This document shows, in pieces, positions 56,279-64,000 of a stretch of DNA of 64,000 nucleotides (position 1 is its first letter; each line of letters opens with the position of its first letter). A program made the translations under genes and the position numbers. Under the pieces are notes generated by a model that was given only the letters and a program-made list of their open reading frames with translations, was not told where the DNA came from and made no database searches. Source of the stretch: Tetramitus jugosus (lineage: Eukaryota; Protista; Heterolobosea); contig OW569345.1 of the NCBI GenBank assembly GCA_937625935.1, positions 248,001-312,000 of the forward strand. The letters run 5' to 3'.

Positions 56279-56836
56279 TCATCGATAACGTCTATGATCA
56301 ATGTGAGATGACGATCTATCATCGGTACGCTGATCAGAAGAATTTTTTCTGTCAACACGTCGGTCATTCTCTTCATATGTTCTTCCTCTGGAAGAATCAC
56401 GATCTCGTCTATCCCTAGAATCATCTCTATGATCATCTCCATGAACACCAGGATCGCTCGTACTGCTCGTTATGGGCTTTTTCTTCTCCTTCTTAAAGTA
56501 ATTCAGCTTATGATCAACAGTCAACACACTTCCACAGAGCTCAAATGCATTCAAATTGTCGACAGCCAAGTTGGTTGACCTCTGATCCTCATATGCCAAA
56601 TAGCAAAATCCTTTGGACACGCCTGTAGACTCGTCCCTAATCAAATCAAGGTCCACAATTTCACCATACTGAGAAAAAACAGCCAAAATGTCTCCTTCGG
56701 TGAGAAAACGAGGCAAACCACCAACAAAAATGTAGGCACTGGAGCGAAAATCATCATGCCATGAAGCTGTCATGTGAGTACCTTGAGAGAGCTCAAGGTC
56801 ATTGCGTTGCTGAATTGCTCTCGATGTGCTGTTCAT
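56279..56836 (-). CDS. RBMX2: RES complex RRM protein RBMX2/Snu17/Ist3
   Basis: SWHDDFRSSAYIFVGGL..LTEGDILAVFSQYGE..SKGFCYLAYEDQRSTNLAVDNLN..VDH. Confidence 0.93.
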   Translation of the reverse strand: MNSTSRAIQQRNDLELSQGTHMTASWHDDFRSSAYIFVGGLPRFLTEGDILAVFSQYGEIVDLDLIRDESTGVSKGFCYLAYEDQRSTNLAVDNLNAFELCGSVLTVDHKLNYFKKEKKKPITSSTSDPGVHGDDHRDDSRDRRDRDSSRGRTYEENDRRVDRKNSSDQRTDDRSSSHIDHRRYR

Positions 56837-56868
56837 CCGTTGTTTTTTGTTTTTGAAGAGCAAAGAAA

Positions 56869-56882
56869 TTTTGGCGCGAAAA
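56869..56882. promoter_or_regulatory. Overlapping double E2F-like site TTTTGGCGCGAAAA
   Basis: Located 33-46 bp upstream of the RBMX2 ATG; matches TTTSSCGC on both strands. Confidence 0.45.
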
Positions 56883-57001
56883 CATGTTCCTTTTATTGAT
56901 GGAGCTCGGTGCAGAAGCGCGACACCATCCATTTCAAAGTCGTGTTCAAATAACGATTGTGTGGTGTTCTTTTTTTCCTATTCTTCTTATTTGACAGCAT
57001 A

Positions 57002-57759
57002 TCAGTCCATGTTCGTGTCTTGTTCTTCTCTGTGTGTTGTTGCGAGAGCTAAAAACCTGATTTTAGCATCATTGTCAAACAAAAAACACGTTTCTCATGT
57101 TGTTGTTCCTCTGATTCCTATATACGATGAACTTACACGAGATTATCACTCTGAAACTCTTCACTCTTACCACCCACATTTCGATGTTGATCCTTTGCCA
57201 ACACATAGATTGAGTAGACAACTGACTCTACGGCCTCTCTGCTCTGATCCAGTGCATCATTCAGTGTCTCACTAATGGTAATGTCCAATCGATCTGGATC
57301 TTCAACATCCTTCAACTCCATTCTTCTCTTTTGTTCTTCCATTTCTTCCAATAGCATGAGACCGAGTGTTGCATCTCCAATAGGTGGTTCAATGTGATGA
57401 TTAATCATTGCATCTCTTTCAATAGCTTCCACATCAATCATGGGTTGTGGTTTCTGTGCTCGTAGAGCTCCATGGTTACTGTTACTGTTTGTCCGTCGTC
57501 TCTGTTGTGAAGAACTATTGTTTGTCATCATCATCATCTGATATTGTTGTTGTTGTTGTTGCTGTTGGTGATAGAGCTGTTGTTGTTGTTGTTGTTGTTG
57601 TTGAGCGTGATAGTATTGATGTTGTTGTTGCTCTTGTTGCTGTTGTTGTTGTAGGTGGTGGAGTGCTTGTGGGTGGTGATGATTCGGATAATAGTATTGA
57701 GTGTATTGCGTAGAGTCAAGTTCACTGGCGGAGGTGGTGGCGGTTGGATAATAGTTCAT
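57002..57759 (-). CDS. Poly-Q hypothetical protein, probably with a short last exon
   Basis: ORF 57133-57759 ends on a GTAAGT donor; an acceptor at about 57057 gives tail VFLALATTHREEQDTNMD*. Confidence 0.55.
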
Positions 57760-58277
57760 AAATTGTAAGAAGAAAGTTTTGTGGTTGGTTGGTTGGGTGG
57801 ATGACTTGTTGTTTTTTGAGGGGGGATGTGTTCGTGTGTGTGGATAGGATAGTGGAGTTCGTGTTGTTTGTTTTTTATTTACAGATTTAAGAAGTTGCTT
57901 GAGGAGAGGGTGATTTGTTCGTGTTTTGTGTTTCGCTCTGTGTGGGTGTGGTGGTTCAAGGTTTGTTCTTCAGATTGAGGGGGACCTCTTCAGAGCGGAG
58001 GTGCACAAAGTTTTTTTTGAGCCCTAAAGCGGATCTTTTTCCTTCATCGCCGAAAATGAAACTCAATGAGTGATATTAGCCCAGTTGGCAGCAGAAACAG
58101 CACCCACGCAAGCAATACAGATCATTGAAGCTCTCGAACATGAACCGTAATGAGCTCCATCCAGATTCCACTTTAAAAAAACGAAACCACAAAAACTGAA
58201 AAGGAAGCTCTCCACTGGCCACTTTATTCCACCAAGCTGACTGTGTTTGTGTTGCTTATTTACCCAGTGTCTCTCTC

Positions 58278-58784
58278 TCAGAGATTTCTCTTCTTCTTCA
58301 ATGCAGCCTTCTTCTTGCTCAATTGAGTCAACAACTTTTTCTTGTTGTTCGCCCATTGTTTTCTCAACTTTACAATCAAAGCCTTCTTCTTGTCCATGGC
58401 ACGCTTCTTCATCTTGACCAACAATTCTTCTTCTGCACTCAAATCGGACATTGAGTTTGGACAGATCCATTGACAAGCAGAGAAGACAGAAGGACAGTAT
58501 CGATAGCAGTCACTTCCATGATCAGAAGAAACGACGTTACAGGAGGTCATGTAACCGTTCAATGAATTGGCCCAATAGTAACCACATGATTCCTCACGAT
58601 CTTCTTCTTCAGCTTCTTCAGCTTCAGCTTGGTCAAAATTTTCAACTGCAGTGGTGTCGTCATCGTGAGTCAAGTAACGATGATGTCTTGCAGGAGCAGC
58701 AACGACATTGGTAGGGTTGGAAAAAAGTGCGATAAGAGCAAAAATTGCTAGTACGAGCACAATGAGTGATGATACTCTGGACAT
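58278..58784 (-). CDS. Small secreted protein: signal peptide, acidic segment, 6-Cys domain, Lys-rich helix
   Basis: Composition read directly from the translation. Confidence 0.7.
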   Translation of the reverse strand: MSRVSSLIVLVLAIFALIALFSNPTNVVAAPARHHRYLTHDDDTTAVENFDQAEAEEAEEEDREESCGYYWANSLNGYMTSCNVVSSDHGSDCYRYCPSVFSACQWICPNSMSDLSAEEELLVKMKKRAMDKKKALIVKLRKQWANNKKKLLTQLSKKKAALKKKRNL

Positions 58785-58927
58785 CTTTTTTCAATAATCA
58801 AAATACGCACGGTGTAAGATATTGGTTGGTTTTTTTGTGGCGATGTCTCAAGTCAAATGTCCAGACGGAGGAACAAGTTTCCCGATAAACCCCTGTGTTG
58901 TCCTTTCCAATTTGAAAGTTCAAGGAA

Positions 58928-60043
58928 TTGGGAACTGAACAAGAGACAAGAGAAGAAAACCAACTGCACAGAAAGCAAATGCGACAGACTCAATCATCTT
59001 GGTCCATCACACCAGTTGAATGCCAAGCTTCTGATCAGCCTGATCCATGCCAAGGTCACTCAATGGTCGAAAGCAAACAAGAAGGAAACTTGCTCTTGTT
59101 CGGTGGTCGATTGAACACCCCGAAAGATGCACCCAGAGTCAGAGGCAGGCGAACCTACACGAACAACATGTATCGTTATTCGCTTGAGACTGGAAAGTGG
59201 AGTAGAGTGGTGCCTCAAGGCAACCTCGTACCGTCACCAAGGCACAATCACTCTGTTGTGATACGAGAGAGTCGCTCTACTGCTCATGAGGAACAAATGA
59301 TCATCTATGGTGGTTCAGGTGTCGATGGATACTTGGATGATGTGTTCTGTTATCATTTAGGTTCCGATACATGGGAAAAGTGGAGATGCACTGGTAATCT
59401 ACCTGGGCCCAGGCATGGCCACACTGCATGTCTGCTCGACAATGATAGAATGATTGTTTTTGGAGGGAAGGTCGGGGTGCAATCCACAGTATTCTTCAAT
59501 GATGTGTATGAACTGAATTTAGAGACAAGAGAATGGACCAGACTATGGAAGAAAGAGAATGGTAATAAGAATGTTCAACCGTCACCCAGGTGTTGGCACT
59601 CGGCCAATATGATCAGTGATCATGAAATGATGATATTTGGTGGCTTTAGTTTCAATGGCAAAAGAGAGATTTACTTTGATGACACTTGGATATTTAATCT
59701 GAGAGATAATACTTGGACTGAAATCAAATCAACAGATCCTGTTCCATTGGCACGCAATAGGCAGACTTGCACGCTTTTAGGAGAGAACGTTGTGCTGTTT
59801 GGAGGCAATTACTTGAACTACGGTGGTGGCAATATTGAGGATATCTTTCTGGGTGACATATGGCTGTTCTCCTTGAGCTCCAGGAAGTGGGAGCCTGTCG
59901 AGCAAATAGAAGGAAATGAACCAGCACTTCTCAGAGGACATCACTCTGCGACTCTTGTAGGGGACTCCATTTACTTGTTTGGTGGTGAGATGAGTCTGAC
60001 ACGATACAACGATATGCACGTGATTCGAGCGTTACCAGCATAA
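58928..60043 (+). CDS. Kelch-repeat beta-propeller protein (start uncertain)
   Basis: Six PxPRxxHS/T...FGG...ND repeats. Confidence 0.88.
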   Translation: MGTEQETREENQLHRKQMRQTQSSWSITPVECQASDQPDPCQGHSMVESKQEGNLLLFGGRLNTPKDAPRVRGRRTYTNNMYRYSLETGKWSRVVPQGNLVPSPRHNHSVVIRESRSTAHEEQMIIYGGSGVDGYLDDVFCYHLGSDTWEKWRCTGNLPGPRHGHTACLLDNDRMIVFGGKVGVQSTVFFNDVYELNLETREWTRLWKKENGNKNVQPSPRCWHSANMISDHEMMIFGGFSFNGKREIYFDDTWIFNLRDNTWTEIKSTDPVPLARNRQTCTLLGENVVLFGGNYLNYGGGNIEDIFLGDIWLFSLSSRKWEPVEQIEGNEPALLRGHHSATLVGDSIYLFGGEMSLTRYNDMHVIRALPA

Positions 60044-60108
60044 CCAAATCAACAATTGTGTTTGTTACATAAATTATCTTTACTGTTCCATACATAAATA
60101 TTAGATCC

Positions 60109-63100
60109 TTAGCTTCTGATATCGGCTAGCAGATTCTGGATGACGTGCATCATGAGTTTCATTCTCTTCTTCAACATACCACTCTCTCCTCGTTTATCAG
60201 GAGTGCATTGATCCATTTGTTGAATAGCCAAACGCAAATTTTGTGAAACAGTGTTCAAAATGTCTGCACCATGGTAGACTACGACGTCGCTTGTGGTCTC
60301 CAAACCCAACATGCATTGTTCCAACCATTCCATTTTGAGTTTCAAGAATTCATCCAAGGAGAGGTCATAAGCCAATTGTTGAACAAGAGAGAGAAGAACA
60401 GGTTGATCCAAATCGCTCAGGATATCAAGCTTGAACTTTGGGAGAACACGCAACAAATTAGGGAGATTAGAACCACTCAAAGCTCTACCGAGAGCCTTGG
60501 TAAACTCACCTTGTTCAATCAAGTCATCGACTTCCTTCTTCAACAATTCTTCGGCGTTCATCTGTTGAACAGGTGATGCACTAACGACAACACCACCCAT
60601 GGACAACTTGGATATCTCGCCAGTGATGCGGTGAGACAGATTTTCAATGACGGGCAAAACTTCACTTCTCATGACATGTTCAACACTCTGTCCAACAACA
60701 CGAGAGAGATCAGATGGCATTGCACTTTGTCCAGATATTCTTGGAACAATTTCTTGGTTCATCATTTCACATAAATCTTCAGGCAGATCAGTAGTTAATG
60801 AGCTGGAAATTGTTTTCAAGAGTTCAATCTGATTCTTGTTTGAGTGATCAACAGTCTGTTGGTGGAATTGCTGCATTTGCACAAAGTATTGATTCATGAG
60901 AGTTGCCATATTGTTAAACAAACGAGCTTCCAATGTACCTAATGCTTCGTTGAACTCAGTTCTTGTGAGGTAATCCCCAGATCCTTCGGTTGCACTGATA
61001 GTTGGAGCACTAGGTTGCACAACAGGCATTTCCTTCTTCATAATCTGAGGGGTGGCTTCAACTGCTTGTGATTGTTGTGAAGCAGCAGGCTTCTCTGCTC
61101 TTTTGGCCAGTTTTGGTTGCTTTTGTTGTTGTGGCTGAGGTTGTTGAGGGGTTGGCTTTGCAGGAGTTTGACGGGTTGACTTCAAGATGGACTGCTCTAG
61201 CTCCTCAGCACTAACGGCATCCTCCATTTTTTGCTTTTCTGGTTGTGGTTGTGGCTGTGGTTGAACTTGAACAGGTTGAGGTGCTTGTTGTTGCTGCTGT
61301 AGAGGTGCTTGAATTTGTTCCTTTGGAGATACTGAACCAACAGCAATTGGAGAGGAGATATGATCTCCCATATTGATTTGAACAAAGCTAACAAATGCAG
61401 GCTGCAGACAGAATATTCCCAATGTGTCTCCCTTTTGCTCAGCGACACAACTGAACACACCATCTCTAATACCAACCAAGTACAGCGTCTTTCTGTCCTT
61501 AAAGTCATAAATGTAACACTGATTGCCATTACGATTCGAAATGACCATATATTGAATGTCATTGTTGACGTGAATGTGATAACTTTCGTCATTTTCATGT
61601 GGCAATTCAATCGTTTGTTGTTGGCCAGTGGTGATATCTACGATTGCAATTGTAGTGTTCTGATCCAGACCAACAATGGCCAGATTGTCATGTTGATTGA
61701 TACTGAAAGGATCAGATACGTGTTGCTCCTCATCATCAGAAGATACTTCTTCTTCAGTGTGAATTTGTATCGTTTGAAGCACCAATCTCGCTTTCCAATT
61801 GTACACAACAATGGAGGAATCATGAGTGAGAACGAGCAAGTTTTGTTCATCTGCACTCAATGCGACATCGACAATCATATTCTGTGCTTCATCTTCCTCA
61901 GCATCACCACTGGAGGCACGTTTTGGTGTATTGCATCCCAAAATCATTGGCAGCGTCAGTTTTATCACATCACATTGCTTGCTCTGTGGACTAGCAAAGA
62001 ATTCTTCATCATTCTCAATGGACAATTTTTGGCCAATGCATTTTGAACAATCAAAGTGAATAATGCATCCATCTTCGGCCAATGCAAAGGCACGTGAGTG
62101 TCTCTTGGAGTACACAAACTTTCTGAACATGCCTGCAGATCGATAGATTTGGAAGATGGAACCGCCAGAGAGTTCTGGTTGTCCGACTCCACTCACGACC
62201 CAACACACAATGGTGCCATCTTGAGATCCAACACTCATCATGGTGGTCAATGCTGGAGCAGTGTCCACCTTTCTTGGCAACACAATTTCCTTAATGTCCA
62301 GAATAGCACCCTTGTGTTTCTTGAAAAATGTCTTTGTGGCCGTCATTTTTTCAAAGATTCTCAATGGACCTGGTGGTGTGGTCCATATGATGACATCAGA
62401 TGTGGTCACAATCGGCGTACCAATGTGAGAGTAGTACGGAGTGCTCATCTTTGTAATTTTCTTGTGCAGTGGATAGGGCAATCGACTCTCGTTTTGTTTA
62501 ATAAACTCGCTGCTGATTTTAGTGGTGCCATTCTCGTTCAATGGTATCAAAATTTTCTGATCGGCAGGTGAGGAGGATGTTGTTCCGTCTTGAGTGACCT
62601 CGGTGATGGGAGTTGGTGGTGTGGATGATGATGAAGATGGTTGTTGCACCTGTGGTGATGGTGATGATGATGATGCAGCGGTTGTTGTTGCTGATGGTTG
62701 AGCTCTTGTGGTAGCAGTTGGTGATGGTGATTTTGTAGTTGCAGTTGGTGTTGTTGCTGATGATGGCGTAGTTGTAGTTGTTTGTTGAGGGCTGCTGCTC
62801 ACTGCTGTTGATACAATAGGTGATGATGATGATGACGAGGATGAAACAACTGGTGAAAGAGTGTGACTAAATGGAGGCAATTGTTGTGGTGGTGTTGTCT
62901 GTTGAGGGACAGCAGTACCATCAGCCAATGTCGATACGACAGGGGATTGAGAAGGTGGTGAACGCATAGAGACAATTGCTGGATCCAAATGCAGAGGATA
63001 ATTTGGCATCATTTGAGGTGCACCCATCGCAGAAAGATGATGATGGTGGTGATGAACAGGACTCATTGGCTGTGGTTGTGGTAGTTGTGAAGGTTGATAG

Positions 63101-63246
63101 TTGGCCATATGATGAGGATAGGCAGGTGGTAGTTGATGAGGATGCAGCATGTGTGGTGGCATAGGCACTGGTGAGCCTTGTTGCTGTTGCTGCTGTTGTT
63201 GTTGTTGAAGTTGTTGATGTTGTGTGAGGTGAGCCATCCAGTCCAT
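60109..63246 (-). CDS. EDC4: Enhancer of mRNA-decapping protein 4 (EDC4/Ge-1/VARICOSE)-like
   Basis: WD40-like central region, coiled coil, and C-terminal EFTKALGRALS..LDQPVLLSLVQQLAYDL..KMEWL. Confidence 0.82.
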   Translation of the reverse strand: MDWMAHLTQHQQLQQQQQQQQQQGSPVPMPPHMLHPHQLPPAYPHHMANYQPSQLPQPQPMSPVHHHHHHLSAMGAPQMMPNYPLHLDPAIVSMRSPPSQSPVVSTLADGTAVPQQTTPPQQLPPFSHTLSPVVSSSSSSSSPIVSTAVSSSPQQTTTTTPSSATTPTATTKSPSPTATTRAQPSATTTAASSSSPSPQVQQPSSSSSTPPTPITEVTQDGTTSSSPADQKILIPLNENGTTKISSEFIKQNESRLPYPLHKKITKMSTPYYSHIGTPIVTTSDVIIWTTPPGPLRIFEKMTATKTFFKKHKGAILDIKEIVLPRKVDTAPALTTMMSVGSQDGTIVCWVVSGVGQPELSGGSIFQIYRSAGMFRKFVYSKRHSRAFALAEDGCIIHFDCSKCIGQKLSIENDEEFFASPQSKQCDVIKLTLPMILGCNTPKRASSGDAEEDEAQNMIVDVALSADEQNLLVLTHDSSIVVYNWKARLVLQTIQIHTEEEVSSDDEEQHVSDPFSINQHDNLAIVGLDQNTTIAIVDITTGQQQTIELPHENDESYHIHVNNDIQYMVISNRNGNQCYIYDFKDRKTLYLVGIRDGVFSCVAEQKGDTLGIFCLQPAFVSFVQINMGDHISSPIAVGSVSPKEQIQAPLQQQQQAPQPVQVQPQPQPQPEKQKMEDAVSAEELEQSILKSTRQTPAKPTPQQPQPQQQKQPKLAKRAEKPAASQQSQAVEATPQIMKKEMPVVQPSAPTISATEGSGDYLTRTEFNEALGTLEARLFNNMATLMNQYFVQMQQFHQQTVDHSNKNQIELLKTISSSLTTDLPEDLCEMMNQEIVPRISGQSAMPSDLSRVVGQSVEHVMRSEVLPVIENLSHRITGEISKLSMGGVVVSASPVQQMNAEELLKKEVDDLIEQGEFTKALGRALSGSNLPNLLRVLPKFKLDILSDLDQPVLLSLVQQLAYDLSLDEFLKLKMEWLEQCMLGLETTSDVVVYHGADILNTVSQNLRLAIQQMDQCTPDKRGESGMLKKRMKLMMHVIQNLLADIRS

Positions 63247-63703
63247 GGTTGTGTGCTGTTGTTAGAGATTTCGATTTGATTGAAAAATGATTTTTTGATT
63301 TGTGTGTTCTTCTGTTGTGCGAACGTTTTTCTTTCTCTTGTTTGTTTTTGATCTCTTGGGTTCGGGATAATCACGGTCTTTTTATAGTTTGTAACTTTTT
63401 GTAATGTTCAAAGTTTTGTTTCGACTGTTGCTGTTCCCTTCACCTTTGACAGTGGTAGGAAGTACCTGTCGTGAATAGTAATAGATAACTAGAGCCTGTG
63501 AATCATCTTTGAACAGAGATACAACTCATTCCAGAAAAACGCGCCAAAATTTTCTGGTCGTTAAGAATTCATGCAATAACAGGAATAAAAAATTCGACAA
63601 CAAAACGTTTCGTTGCCTCATCAACGGTGATACAAAAAATTTCTTCCAGCCAAACAAAACAAATTCGACACGACTTGTAAACAACAAACATCAACGACAA
63701 CAA

Positions 63704-63937
63704 ATGGCAACAGCAGCACCCAGAACGGTACAACGTCGAAAACGTGCCAACAAGCAAGCAGAAACCAAAAGAAAGCGTTCTGATGACGACGACAATGAAG
63801 CAAGTGATCCAGAAGAGCAGGAAGAGCAGGAAGAACAAGTTCGATACAGTGACGATGAGATGAGTGACCAAGAAGAAGGTCAAGCATCTGACTCTGATGA
63901 AGAAGGTCATGATGATGACCAGAATGATGATGAATAG
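63704..63937 (+). CDS. Probable first exon of an acidic protein continuing beyond the window
   Basis: ATG at 63704; NLS-like RRKR then an acidic tract; the TAG overlaps a GTATGT donor consensus. Confidence 0.45.
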   Translation: MATAAPRTVQRRKRANKQAETKRKRSDDDDNEASDPEEQEEQEEQVRYSDDEMSDQEEGQASDSDEEGHDDDQNDDE

Positions 63938-64000
63938 TATGTAGTGGTGGTAGTAGTAGTGTGTAGCCCGTTTTTCCTCATACCGAATCATTGAACAACA

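Noticed and set aside
1-64000. Alternative genetic code or stop readthrough
   Set aside because: TAA, TAG and TGA all end conserved genes at expected positions; split ORFs are explained by introns.

Overview
Gene-dense eukaryotic nuclear DNA: standard code, short GT-AG introns of about 55-170 nt, intergenic spacers mostly under 400 bp, and many CAA/AAC/GAT microsatellite-coded poly-Q/N/D tracts. The style and the RCC1-repeat expansion suggest a free-living protist, possibly heterolobosean (inference only). About 38 protein genes are present, including an RNF213-like C-terminus, COG8, CSTF2, a BRCT-kinase, RhoGAP, LisH-RasGEF, STX16, CSN2, LMBR1-like, OARD1, FKBP, VIPAS39-like, DNLZ, a DOCK GEF, RBMX2 and EDC4. 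There is also an intron-containing tRNA-Arg(CCT) and a solitary 5S rRNA gene. The standout is a 5'-truncated, poly(A)-tailed L1/Tx1-type non-LTR retrotransposon (14458-15602) with a perfect 15-bp target-site duplication. It is inserted head-to-head about 37 bp upstream of the 5S gene, a candidate Pol III/5S-targeting retroelement. Other notable items are a secreted SH3b + C39-like peptidase, an ENPP-fold protein lacking its metal ligands, a bacterial-like HExxH protein, a CYCJ18/CNTD1-like cyclin and recurring E2F-type promoter motifs. Family assignments come from motif recognition and memory, not database searches.
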